From Calditrichia bacterium (GTDB lineage Bacteria > Calditrichota > Calditrichia > Calditrichales > J004): a stretch of DNA of 64,000 nt. The stretch is taken from positions 13,037 to 77,036 of the forward strand of contig JALXBH010000058.1 in assembly GCA_026991535.1 (NCBI GenBank), read 5' to 3'. Of this stretch, positions 48,639 to 57,472 are shown in pieces. A program made the translations under genes and the position numbers. Numbering within the stretch: position 1 is the first letter of the stretch; each line of letters begins with the position of its first letter. The notes under the pieces were generated by a model. The model saw only the letters and a program-made list of their open reading frames with translations, made no database searches and was not told the DNA's origin.

Positions 48639-48944
48639 CTATTCTTCGGCAAAGAGCTCATAATGGCTTACCTTTTCTTCAAACTCCAGCAGATAGCGCG
48701 CATCCTCCGGATAATATTTGGCCTTTTCGAAATCTTCTCCGGCAAAATTTTTAATGGTTTCAAGATTCTCCCAAAAGGTAATCAGCGTGAAATGGCCTCT
48801 ATTCTCCTTTAGTGAGCGCAGAAAAGTCAGCCTTATAAAACCGGCCGTGCCTTTATAGTCCGGTATGGCCCTCTCCCTGAGAAAAGCAGTGTACTCCTCA
48901 AAATCCTCGCCGCGGGTCATACCATGCCAGATTCTTGCTATCAT
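48639..48944 (-). CDS. small dimeric alpha/beta-barrel (ABM-like) protein
   Basis: MIARIWHGMTRGEDFEEYTAFLRERAIPDY...TLITFWENLETIKNFAGEDFEKAKYYPED. ATG at 48944 is preferred (AGGAG 8-9 nt upstream and no overlap with the GNAT gene). The family call is tentative. Confidence 0.5.
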   Translation of the reverse strand: MIARIWHGMTRGEDFEEYTAFLRERAIPDYKGTAGFIRLTFLRSLKENRGHFTLITFWENLETIKNFAGEDFEKAKYYPEDARYLLEFEEKVSHYELFAEE

Positions 48945-48955
48945 CGTCATCGCTC

Positions 48956-49363
48956 CTAATGTTCGTTGCCCTTGTATATCCACATCGCTTCCGTTTTTCC
49001 CGCCTTGCGGAACCCGGCTTTTTTATAAAATTCCACGGCCTTGGCGTCGGCCGTTAAAATCTGCATATGGAAGTTCCTGTATTTTTCCCGCAGGCGCTCC
49101 ATGATTTTGCGCCCGACTCCTTTTCCCTGATATTGAGGATGCACGAGAAGATGGGGATAGTAAACCACCAGATAGCCATCGGATATGGCATTGCCCAGTC
49201 CCACCAGCTTCCCGTCATCCCAGGCGCTGATCAGGCTGTGGGCATGCATCAATGCCTGGTAAAGCTCATCGGGCTTATCGGCGGAACTCCAGTGATTAGC
49301 CTTGTACAGGGAGATAATATCCCCGATCTTTATGTCTCGGGTTTCGGAAATTACAATATTCAT
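48956..49363 (-). CDS. GNAT family N-acetyltransferase
   Basis: Acetyl-CoA motif A LLVHPQYQGKGVGRKIMERL, then FYKKAGF. ATG at 49363 follows GGAAGG. Confidence 0.8.
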   Translation of the reverse strand: MNIVISETRDIKIGDIISLYKANHWSSADKPDELYQALMHAHSLISAWDDGKLVGLGNAISDGYLVVYYPHLLVHPQYQGKGVGRKIMERLREKYRNFHMQILTADAKAVEFYKKAGFRKAGKTEAMWIYKGNEH

Positions 49364-49465
49364 GGATACCTTCCGGGAGTGTGTATGGCCGGGTAATATA
49401 AATGCGGGCCTTATCTGATTCAATAGCGGTTTAGGCGGCTACTTTTCCGCTTAAAAGGGTACTCA

Positions 49466-49497
49466 AACCTTCCAGGTCTGCAAGACCCGGAAGGTTT
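49466..49497. repeat. palindromic hairpin element, copy B
   Basis: aaaccttccaggtc-tgcaa-gacccggaaggttt. Shares the 18-nt string aagacccggaaggtttaa with copy A (11839..11870). Confidence 0.6.
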
Positions 49498-49518
49498 AAA
49501 TGACTGGGTTTAAATGAC
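49493..49518. repeat. perfect 13-nt tandem duplication (ggtttaaatgact x2)
   Basis: Read directly: 49493-49505 is identical to 49506-49518. The first unit overlaps the right arm of hairpin copy B. Confidence 0.8.
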
Positions 49519-49523
49519 TGTTA

Positions 49524-50030
49524 TCATGATCCATCGTATCGATAAATATATTCTTCGATTTCCCGGCCCCGCGCGTTGGCGAATCCCCTGTCCGTTCCCA
49601 CTTTTTTAAATCCGCATTTCTCCAAAACCCTTTGTGAAGCGATATTGTCAAAGGCTGTTCGACCAAAAAGCGGTCGGGCCGCTTCGCGCTTTAAAAACAG
49701 CTTCAGGGCGGCGGTGGCCAGACCTTTGCCCCAAAAGGCTTTTCCTGTATGGTAGGTGATTTCGGCTCTGCCGTTCATTTCATATTTGGCGATGCTTCCG
49801 GCGATCATCCCTTCGAACAAAATGGTTGCGCAGTTTACGTTCTTGTCGGAGAGAAGACGCGTCCACCTGGCCATATATTTTTTCCTGTCATCAGCATCGG
49901 CGGAAGTAAAAGCCGCCATGCGGACGGCCTCTTTGTCGCACTGAAAAACAAACAGGGTTTCCAGGTCGCTCATAACGGTTGTCCGCAGCTCAATATGGAG
50001 GGGGGCGGTTGCTTTATCTTTATAGTGCAT
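49524..50030 (-). CDS. GNAT family N-acetyltransferase (RimJ/RimL-like)
   Basis: YHTGKAFWGKGLATAALKLFL...NIASQRVLEKCGFKKVG is typical of the Acetyltransf_3/RimL group. Confidence 0.8.
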   Translation of the reverse strand: MHYKDKATAPLHIELRTTVMSDLETLFVFQCDKEAVRMAAFTSADADDRKKYMARWTRLLSDKNVNCATILFEGMIAGSIAKYEMNGRAEITYHTGKAFWGKGLATAALKLFLKREAARPLFGRTAFDNIASQRVLEKCGFKKVGTDRGFANARGREIEEYIYRYDGS

Positions 50031-50263
50031 AATTATTCCGGGGGTAAAAATAGGTGAAACGGATTGTTGATATGCTGGCTTGCCGCGCTTGAATGTATTT
50101 CAAATTTGCACAAAACAACGCGCGTGTCAAATTTCAGCTTGATTGGCGGGTTATACGCTTTATTATCATTAAACTTTATTTAAAATTCAACGGTTTGGCT
50201 AGGTGCAATTTGCCGAATCAGGCGAAGCCAGGCATATTAATTATAGCCATTCTTTTAGGCGTT

Positions 50264-51433
50264 TTACTTATTTCCCTTAGCACGGTTGTGCGTCTTGCAA
50301 AGCATTTGGCAGTTGGATATATCGCTGCCTCCTCCTTTACTCCAGGCTGTAACGTGGTCGGCGTCCATTTCCTTAAATGCATAAATCCTTGTCTTATTAG
50401 CATCATGCCCCAGGGCACAAAGCGGACAATTGGATATTCCTTTTTCTTTAGCCTCTTTCGTTTGTTGTTTATAGACCGCCTTTTTAGTCGCTTCGTCAAA
50501 TACACGGACATTGAGCAATTTCGTTTCCTTCTCCCCGTCCAATATATACTCAAAAATTCCTTTGCGATTTTTGACATAAGGATCGGCATAAAGCGTCTGC
50601 ACGCGCCCGGAAACCTTTTTCGGATCATACGACTTTTTGTGATATGCTTCGTAAAGCCGTCCCCATTCCAAACCACACATCTCGCTTTCGACATCCTCAA
50701 ACACGGCAGAAACCCAATCTATCACCGTATCAAAATAATTTCTCACCTCGTTAATATTGTCATCATAGCGATGCGCGCTCATATATTCGCCGATATTGCC
50801 CTTACTGACCCAATCAAGCGCTGTATGCCAGAAATCCTGTCGTACGGCGCTTCCTTTGATATATGCGTTCCATTTTTGGATGTTTGGATTTTGACTGTTG
50901 CTAAACCACTCTTTTCCCCTGGTAACAAACGGACCGGAATAGACGGCGTTTAAAAGTTCCTGCTCGTTAAGCGGTACGCCGACAATGTTTATCGTTTTGA
51001 ACCACTCTTTGATTTCACTTTCCGTTCCTTCGCATTCATAAATCAAAAGTTTTGTTTCTAAAATTTTTTGCTTTTTGTCTTGCGCCATGCCGCTAAAATA
51101 CTGCTGATTACCGTTTGCGTCGCTGATGGCAAATTTTCCGGTTACAAACCTGCCCAAACTGGTAATGCGTTGCTGGCCGTCAAGCACTTCAAACTTGTTA
51201 TCGCCCACTTTGTTAAAGTAAATAAGCCCCAACGGATACCCCTTCACAACCGAGTCAATCACCGCCTGTTCTCTTTTTCCCCCGTCGGATGCGTAAATGT
51301 AGTTGCGCTGATACTCCGGCTGGATGGTGAGTTTGCCGGCAAGCCCGAAAAGCCCTTTGCCTTCCAGTTCGCTGTACACGAATCCTTCACAAATGTCTTT
51401 AATCGTAATATTGGTTTTCAGTGTAGTTTTCAT
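50264..51433 (-). CDS. DUF262 (ParB-like/GmrS-like NTPase-nuclease fold) protein fused to a C-terminal HNH endonuclease
   Basis: DUF262 hallmarks [11 protein letters not shown] and [15 protein letters not shown]-terminal His-Me finger with zinc ligands CPLCA...[35 protein letters not shown]-rich. The start lies 2 nt after the MTase stop, with AAGGAA inside the MTase 3' end. Confidence 0.85.
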   Translation of the reverse strand: MKTTLKTNITIKDICEGFVYSELEGKGLFGLAGKLTIQPEYQRNYIYASDGGKREQAVIDSVVKGYPLGLIYFNKVGDNKFEVLDGQQRITSLGRFVTGKFAISDANGNQQYFSGMAQDKKQKILETKLLIYECEGTESEIKEWFKTINIVGVPLNEQELLNAVYSGPFVTRGKEWFSNSQNPNIQKWNAYIKGSAVRQDFWHTALDWVSKGNIGEYMSAHRYDDNINEVRNYFDTVIDWVSAVFEDVESEMCGLEWGRLYEAYHKKSYDPKKVSGRVQTLYADPYVKNRKGIFEYILDGEKETKLLNVRVFDEATKKAVYKQQTKEAKEKGISNCPLCALGHDANKTRIYAFKEMDADHVTAWSKGGGSDISNCQMLCKTHNRAKGNK

Positions 51434-51435
51434 GG

Positions 51436-52650
51436 TTATTTCCTTTTGTGCCTGATAAGTACACGAGCATACATTTGAATGTAATAGTTGCCATCAACAA
51501 TGTAATAGGTTTTGTCTTTCAATGGTGAACTGACTTTTATTGCAGCACCGTCATTGAGTTTTGTAACATCACTTCTTTTTCCATTTGCACTGACTTGAAT
51601 TTGGGACGGATATACTTTGTTTGCGGCGCCAAACCATGTTTTGGTTAAACCCAAAATCTCAAACTGCTGCGGATTGTATTTATCCAGGAAACTAATCGGC
51701 ACACCCATCACGCCATCATAATCACTTGGGATGGCATTTGTGTAGGGTACTTCAATGGCTTCGTAGTTGTCGTATTTTTTATAGGCGTTTGGATTTTTTT
51801 GGATTTGTTTATTGAATTTAAGATTATCTGCCATGCTCATCAAAGGTAAGGGCTGATGGCGCCGGCCATGGTCAAGATTGGTATACCAACAAACGCCTGG
51901 CACACGATTAACTTTTACACCATCTTTTTCCCGTTCAAATTTATAAGTGTCAGCATATACAAAAGTTTCTGGAACCATAAAATACATACCCTTATTGAAA
52001 TTTGTAGCTCCCAACCACATTTTATTATTCTTTAACTTTGGGAATATCTCTTTATAAGTAATCGCGTTCATATTGCCGATAATCAAAAATTTCTTCTTAT
52101 ACTCAAATAGTTGCATCACATACTCGCGGAAAAGGGAAAACGGCGGATTGGTCACAACAATGTCGGATTGTTTTAGTAGCTCTATACACTCTTCGCTGCG
52201 AAAATCACCGTCTCCTTTTAAAGGCGCCCATTCGTTGTTTTTATTGGCCTTAAGTTGGTCGGCAATATCATCCAGATTAAATTCACCGTCTTTATTGAAG
52301 TCGCCCACTTCGTTGATTATAAAACGATTTGCTGTTTCTTTCGGTCGGCCTTTTGGCGTCGGCAGGCTTTCGTCATCTCCAAACAGGCTCAGCTGTGTGT
52401 TGGCAATCGGCGAGGGCTTGTAACTGGTTGTGATCAGACGCTTCAATCCCAACTTTTCAAAATTCAACACAAAATAGCGGAAGAAATTGCTCTCGTACGG
52501 ATCATCGCAATTGCAATAGACCGTCTTTCCCCTAAAAGTGTCAGGATCATACTCGAAATAGGCCTCCACCTCTATTTGAATATCCTGATACTGGGTGTAA
52601 AACTCGTCGTTTTTAGCCGCTTTCGCTTTTGTAAGGTTTTTATTTGCCAT
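51436..52650 (-). CDS. N6-adenine DNA methyltransferase, EcoRI-methylase-like family
   Basis: N-terminus [12 protein letters not shown]...[20 protein letters not shown]. Catalytic motif [16 protein letters not shown] (NPPF implies an exocyclic-amine, most likely m6A, MTase). AT-rich. Confidence 0.8.
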   Translation of the reverse strand: MANKNLTKAKAAKNDEFYTQYQDIQIEVEAYFEYDPDTFRGKTVYCNCDDPYESNFFRYFVLNFEKLGLKRLITTSYKPSPIANTQLSLFGDDESLPTPKGRPKETANRFIINEVGDFNKDGEFNLDDIADQLKANKNNEWAPLKGDGDFRSEECIELLKQSDIVVTNPPFSLFREYVMQLFEYKKKFLIIGNMNAITYKEIFPKLKNNKMWLGATNFNKGMYFMVPETFVYADTYKFEREKDGVKVNRVPGVCWYTNLDHGRRHQPLPLMSMADNLKFNKQIQKNPNAYKKYDNYEAIEVPYTNAIPSDYDGVMGVPISFLDKYNPQQFEILGLTKTWFGAANKVYPSQIQVSANGKRSDVTKLNDGAAIKVSSPLKDKTYYIVDGNYYIQMYARVLIRHKRK

Positions 52651-52674
52651 TGCTTTTCTTCAACTATATTTCAT

Positions 52675-52702
52675 TTTATAGCGTATTTTTTAATACCTGC
52701 AA
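52675..52702 (-). promoter_or_regulatory. candidate sigma70-type promoter of the MTase/DUF262-HNH operon
   Basis: On the minus strand: TTGCAG (52702-52697), a 16-nt spacer, then TATAAA (52680-52675), about 25 nt upstream of the MTase ATG. It is unknown whether the host uses this consensus. Confidence 0.35.
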
Positions 52703-52854
52703 CGTGCATTGTTCTTTTACGCCAAAATGGGCGGATAAGAATATTTATTTAAATATTTTCTTTACGGTTAACTTAAAAATTCTATATGAAACTTACAATT
52801 TAGACAATGGCCATAGCGTATTGCATAATCTCTGAGCTTCGGAAATATAAAAAA

Positions 52855-52880
52855 CCCCGCGTTTGGGGCGCGGGGCTTTT
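52855..52880. terminator. bidirectional terminator downstream of the molybdoenzyme gene; right border of the AT-rich island
   Basis: Stem ccccgcg (52855-52861) pairs with cgcgggg (52869-52875), flanked by A6 upstream and T4 downstream. Confidence 0.7.
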
Positions 52881-52891
52881 GTGTATTGGCT

Positions 52892-55741
52892 TTATTTCAG
52901 ATAAAAGGTCTCTTCCACCGGCCGTACCGGGCGGCCGAACCACAGCGGCCGGCGCAGGCCGTTTGGCCCCGGAGCGGGACGGGTCATCCCCAGCCACTTT
53001 TTGTATACCTGAAAGGATTTCTCCGTATCCACGGCCACGTCGCCATAGCGATCACCGGGATGCGCCTTTTCGATGCGTACCTTCTGATGCCAGCAATGCA
53101 TGCCGCTGATGGGATCGGGGTGCACCTCGTGGGTGATGTTCTGGTGCACGCCGCCGTCGCTCCAAAAGATGCGGCTGCTGTCGGGGTCGCTGCTCTTGTA
53201 GGGTCGTATGCCGTCGATGACCTTCATCTTCCACACACTGCCTTCCTGCTCCAGCTTAACCGTGTTGCTGGCCCAGCGGTTACCCGTTTTGTCTTCCGGG
53301 CGGCGCCAGCGGCCGATATGGTGCGAACAGGCCACCACGCCGGGCTTCATCCCCTCGGTGACCCATACCTTGTCCACAAAATAACCGATACCCGTATTAA
53401 CCCTTACCAGGTCATCGCTGCGGATACCCAGCCGTTCGGCGTCGCTGGTGTGCATCCAGATGGGATTGCGGTTGGATATCTCCGTCAGCCACTTGGCGTT
53501 CCCCGAGCGGGAGTGGATCAGCGTGGGCAGGCGGAAGGTGGGCACCAGCGGAAAATCGCCCTTGTCCCGTTCCATGTTTTCCTCATGGATGTGGCTTTTG
53601 ATATATTTGGGGATTTTGTACTCCGGCCATTTCCAGTCCACGATGGTTTGCGAGTAAAACTCCTGCCGCCGCGAGGGGGTGGGGAAGCCGACGCGCGGCT
53701 TGCCGTCGATCATTACGCCGATAACCTTGCCCGCCTTGACCACGGAACCGTCGTCTCGGATTTCGGCGCCCTTCATCTCTTCCTCGCTCAACACATCCAT
53801 GTGTTTGGCATAGGCGTTGGTTTCCAGCTCCACCGCGCCATAGGTGCGCATATATTCCAGCGGCGTCTTGCCCTCGGCCTCCGCCTTTTTCACCAGGGCC
53901 GGGATGCGCTCAAAGGCGTATTGGTAATACTCCTCGATGGTCATCTTTTCCCCTTCGCGGTAGGGCGACATAAAATGCTTTTTGATGCCCAGGCTGCCGT
54001 CGGGATCGATACGCCAGCTCAGCTCAATCCAGAACTCATCCTCTTCCCACACCTCGCCGGGGTTGGCCTGGTAGGTAAACTCCACCGGGTCGCCCAGGCG
54101 GCGGCGCGCCTCGCGCAATACCGGCTGGCGGAAGCCCATCCACTTGCCGGAGTGGGTTTCGTAGCTGATGATGTCATGCCGTTCGTTGCTGTGCCCCATG
54201 GGCAGCACATAATCGGCATAATAGGCCGTTTCGTTCCAGGTGGGCGTCAGGGCGATGTGCATGCCAATCTTTTCGGCGTCGCGCAATACCTCGATCCAGC
54301 TAAAGCCGTCGGGATAGGTCCACACCGGGTTAAAGACGCGGGTAAAGTAAACATCCAGCTTGCCGCGGCCTTCCTTTAAAAAGTGGGGCAGCAGAAAGCT
54401 CATTTCAAAAAAGGCCAGCGGGTAGTCGTTGGGGAAGTGCAGTTCGTTCCAAAAGGTTTGCGCCGCCGGTTTGTGGGGCACGGTGGGCTTAAACTTGTTC
54501 CAGGCGCTGGGCGAGGTACCGCCCACGGTGCCCACGCTGCCGGTAAGCACGCTCAAAAAGTGCAGGCAGCGGGCCACGGCCCAGCCGCCCAGGTTGCCGC
54601 TGCCGGCGCTGCGCCAGTTGTGGGTGGCAAAACGTTCGCCCGCCTCGCCGATTTTCCGGGCCACCTCCACGATGGTCGCGGCGTCGATCTGCGCCTCGGC
54701 GGCGGCAAATTCCGGCGTGTATTCGGCATAGGCCTCGCGCATGGCCGCGATATAATTTTCAAAGGTGACTTCCCTTTGCGGGTGCTCCTTTTGCAGGTAT
54801 TCCCGCCAGTTGGTCCAGTCGCGCAGGAACTTCTCGTTATACAGCCCCTCGTCGAGGATCACCCTGGCCATGGCCAGCAACACCGCCGCCTCGCTGCCGG
54901 GGTAGGTGGGCAGCCAGTGGTCGGCCATGGAGGCCGTGTTGGAAAGCCGGGGGTCCATCACCGCCAATTGGGCGCCCTTCATCATCCCTTCGATGATGCG
55001 CTGGGCGTGGGGATTAAAGTAGTGTCCCGATTCCAGATGGGCGGAGATCAGTAAAATGAACCTGGTGTTGGCGTAATCCGGCGAAGGCCGGTCATAGCCA
55101 TGCCACAGGGCATAACCGAAGCGCGCTCCGGAGGAACAGACGTTGGTATGGCTGTTATGACCGTCCACATTCCAGGACTGCAGCACCCGGTCGATATAGC
55201 CCTCATGACCGGGACGGCCCACATGATAGGCGATTTCGTTGTTACGTTTTTCCCGCAGGGCCTTGCGCAGACGGGCGGCGATGTCATCCAGCACCTCGTC
55301 CCAGCTTACCCGTTCCCACTCGCCGGAGCCCCGTTCTCCCTTGCGCCTCAGCGGATACAGGATGCGGTCGGGGTCGGTGATCTGGTTGATGGTGGCCGGT
55401 CCCTTGGCGCAGTTGCGTCCCCTGCTGCCGGGGTGATAGGGGTTGCCCTCGAATTTGCGGATTTTCATCGTCTCTTTGTCGATGTAGCTTAACAGACCGC
55501 AGCCGGCCTCGCAGTTAAAGCAGTTGGTGGGCACAATCATATATTTTCGCTTTTTCCGCTCATGATTGCTGGTGGCTTCGTACTCCTCCCAGTCGTTCCA
55601 TTTCTCGGGCGGCGGGTAGCTGTTTTGCGTGCCGGGTTCGCTCACACGCTCAAGGCCTTCCGCCTCATCATGCAATTGCGGAATCAGCCGCAGCTTTTCC
55701 GCGATGGTTTCAATCAGTCCGGGTTTATGACGGGTTGCCAT
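52892..55741 (-). CDS. molybdopterin (bis-MGD) oxidoreductase catalytic subunit, Psr/Phs/Soe-type, no Tat signal
   Basis: FS0 cluster motif CFNCEAGCGLLSY...GRNCAKG about 75 aa from the N-terminus. MopB body (ISTN-like and HP... blocks). 949 aa. The N-terminus MATRHKPGLIETIAEKLRL lacks an RRxFLK motif and a hydrophobic h-region. Strong RBS GGGAGGAAAG. Confidence 0.9.
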   Translation of the reverse strand: MATRHKPGLIETIAEKLRLIPQLHDEAEGLERVSEPGTQNSYPPPEKWNDWEEYEATSNHERKKRKYMIVPTNCFNCEAGCGLLSYIDKETMKIRKFEGNPYHPGSRGRNCAKGPATINQITDPDRILYPLRRKGERGSGEWERVSWDEVLDDIAARLRKALREKRNNEIAYHVGRPGHEGYIDRVLQSWNVDGHNSHTNVCSSGARFGYALWHGYDRPSPDYANTRFILLISAHLESGHYFNPHAQRIIEGMMKGAQLAVMDPRLSNTASMADHWLPTYPGSEAAVLLAMARVILDEGLYNEKFLRDWTNWREYLQKEHPQREVTFENYIAAMREAYAEYTPEFAAAEAQIDAATIVEVARKIGEAGERFATHNWRSAGSGNLGGWAVARCLHFLSVLTGSVGTVGGTSPSAWNKFKPTVPHKPAAQTFWNELHFPNDYPLAFFEMSFLLPHFLKEGRGKLDVYFTRVFNPVWTYPDGFSWIEVLRDAEKIGMHIALTPTWNETAYYADYVLPMGHSNERHDIISYETHSGKWMGFRQPVLREARRRLGDPVEFTYQANPGEVWEEDEFWIELSWRIDPDGSLGIKKHFMSPYREGEKMTIEEYYQYAFERIPALVKKAEAEGKTPLEYMRTYGAVELETNAYAKHMDVLSEEEMKGAEIRDDGSVVKAGKVIGVMIDGKPRVGFPTPSRRQEFYSQTIVDWKWPEYKIPKYIKSHIHEENMERDKGDFPLVPTFRLPTLIHSRSGNAKWLTEISNRNPIWMHTSDAERLGIRSDDLVRVNTGIGYFVDKVWVTEGMKPGVVACSHHIGRWRRPEDKTGNRWASNTVKLEQEGSVWKMKVIDGIRPYKSSDPDSSRIFWSDGGVHQNITHEVHPDPISGMHCWHQKVRIEKAHPGDRYGDVAVDTEKSFQVYKKWLGMTRPAPGPNGLRRPLWFGRPVRPVEETFYLK

Positions 55742-55825
55742 CTTTCCTCCCTATTTCATTGGCCATGCCGGGCATGGTTTGGTTTTTGTTTCAGATTAAA
55801 TTCTCCCGGGGTCAAGCGCATGCCC

Positions 55826-57445
55826 TTAGCTCAGGTCTATCAGTTGCGGCACGCGCACCCACAGATGCTCGGTGATGTATAAGCCGGTCAGAACCAGAAC
55901 GGCGGCCACGCTCACCATCCAGCCGGGTCCCCACAGCAACAGGGCCAATGGAAAAACGTTGCCCAGAAAAACAGCGCCCAGCCAAAACAGGGGGGCGTAC
56001 GGGCCCGCCGCTATCATATGCGCCGCTTTTTTGGCGTCCTCCGTGGGGTGGGTGATGGTCAGCTCGGAAAAGATAATCAACATGTTTACCACCAGTGCTC
56101 CGGTCAGGATAGCCTGGATAAAGGCATTCCATTCCGCCGTACCGTGAAGGGAAGCGGCCAGGGCAAAGAGGGCGCCGCCGCCCACAAAGGGATGGGCCAG
56201 CATGTGCAGGATCAGCGCCGGACTTTGCCAGAAGTCACGTCCCTTGGCCTGGGCAAAGAGGAAGGCGGTATAAACGGCCACCACCAGGGCAAACAGTCCG
56301 CTGCCCCACATGGCGATGGGCTCCAGGGCGCTCAGGCCGAGAAAGCGGGCCGCCAGCCACAGGGTGACCAGACCGCCAAAGACGGTGATGGCGTAGCCGC
56401 CGCGCACCAGCCAGGAATTCCATTGCGGCCGCAGAATCACATAGGCAAAACGGGTCGGTTTATCCAGGTCTTTAACCAGCAGCGCGCCGGTCAGCCCCAG
56501 AAAAATCAGTCCGCTGATCAAACTGCCATAGAGCAGGGTATCACCCACGGGGATGCCGAAGAGCAGGGCCAAAAAAGGCAACAGTACGGCGCCGGCGGCA
56601 ATGGCCTTGGTCATCACGTAGGCCGATACCTCCCAGCCCCACAGCACCCCCTTGGAAGGGGCGTCGTAGGCGCGGCGGATAGTGCGTTTTAAAATGCCGT
56701 CCGCTTTTTGGATGGTGTTGTCGCCGGTGGTGATCACTTTCTCCGGCATCTCTTTAAGATTGGCCAGTTCCTTGTACATATCCACGGGGCTGCTTTTGGC
56801 GATAAGTTCCTCGGCAAACTTGGCGTAATGCCCCACGCCGCTGCTTTGTGAACTCCACATATAGCTGTCCGATGTCTCCGTCTCGGAAGGGGTGAGTGAA
56901 GCTTCGTCGGCATCGATATAGAAAAGCTTGGGGCGGGTGCCTTTTTCCGGCTTGCGCACCTTAACCGCCTCACGGGAGAGCAATTGGGCGATCTCCGTGG
57001 CCGGGTTATCCATGTCTCCGGAAATGATGGCATGTTCCGGGCACACATTGACGCAGGCCGGTTCCAGTCCGATATCTATGCGGTGGGCGCAGTAGTTGCA
57101 CTTGGCCGCCGTATGGGTTACCGGGTCTATATAAAGGGAGTTGTAGGGGCAGGCCTGCATACAGGATTTGCAGCCGATACAGCGCCGGTTATCAAAGTCC
57201 ACAATACCGTCATCGCGGATATGCAGGGCCTCCACGGGACAAATCTCCACGCAGGGCGCATCCTCACAGTGGTTGCAGCGCATCACGGAAAACAGCCGCC
57301 GGGTGTTGGGGTATTCGCCCTTTTCCACATACTTCACCCAGGTGCGGTTTACCCCGATAGCCACATCGTGCTCGGACTTACAGGCCACGGTGCAGGCGTG
57401 GCAACCGATACATTTACGGTTATCTATAATAAAGCCGTAATTCAT
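55826..57445 (-). CDS. fusion of a 4x[4Fe-4S] ferredoxin subunit (PsrB/SoeB-like) and an NrfD/PsrC-like 8-TM quinone-interacting subunit
   Basis: Four Cys clusters: CIGCHACTVAC, CNHCEDAPCVEIC, CIGCKSCMQAC and CNYCAHR...ACVNVC. A roughly 90-aa linker follows, then eight hydrophobic segments starting WGWEVSAYVMTKAIAAG (NrfD-like first helix). No signal peptide. Confidence 0.85.
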   Translation of the reverse strand: MNYGFIIDNRKCIGCHACTVACKSEHDVAIGVNRTWVKYVEKGEYPNTRRLFSVMRCNHCEDAPCVEICPVEALHIRDDGIVDFDNRRCIGCKSCMQACPYNSLYIDPVTHTAAKCNYCAHRIDIGLEPACVNVCPEHAIISGDMDNPATEIAQLLSREAVKVRKPEKGTRPKLFYIDADEASLTPSETETSDSYMWSSQSSGVGHYAKFAEELIAKSSPVDMYKELANLKEMPEKVITTGDNTIQKADGILKRTIRRAYDAPSKGVLWGWEVSAYVMTKAIAAGAVLLPFLALLFGIPVGDTLLYGSLISGLIFLGLTGALLVKDLDKPTRFAYVILRPQWNSWLVRGGYAITVFGGLVTLWLAARFLGLSALEPIAMWGSGLFALVVAVYTAFLFAQAKGRDFWQSPALILHMLAHPFVGGGALFALAASLHGTAEWNAFIQAILTGALVVNMLIIFSELTITHPTEDAKKAAHMIAAGPYAPLFWLGAVFLGNVFPLALLLWGPGWMVSVAAVLVLTGLYITEHLWVRVPQLIDLS

Positions 57446-57472
57446 AGCTCTTCCTTTTGTTAGGTTTGTTTT

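Noticed and set aside
50093-50953. 286-aa plus-strand ORF inside the AT-rich island.
   Set aside because: It overlaps the DUF262-HNH gene on the opposite strand. Its translation is Ile/Phe/Leu-rich low-complexity sequence of the kind expected from AT-rich antisense DNA. It has no RBS and no motifs.
50175-52753. A shared 10-nt string tttatttaaa at both edges of the island (50175-50184 and 52744-52753), considered as possible att or target-site duplication.
   Set aside because: Ten nucleotides of pure A/T in AT-rich DNA is well within chance. No integrase or recombinase is present to give it meaning.
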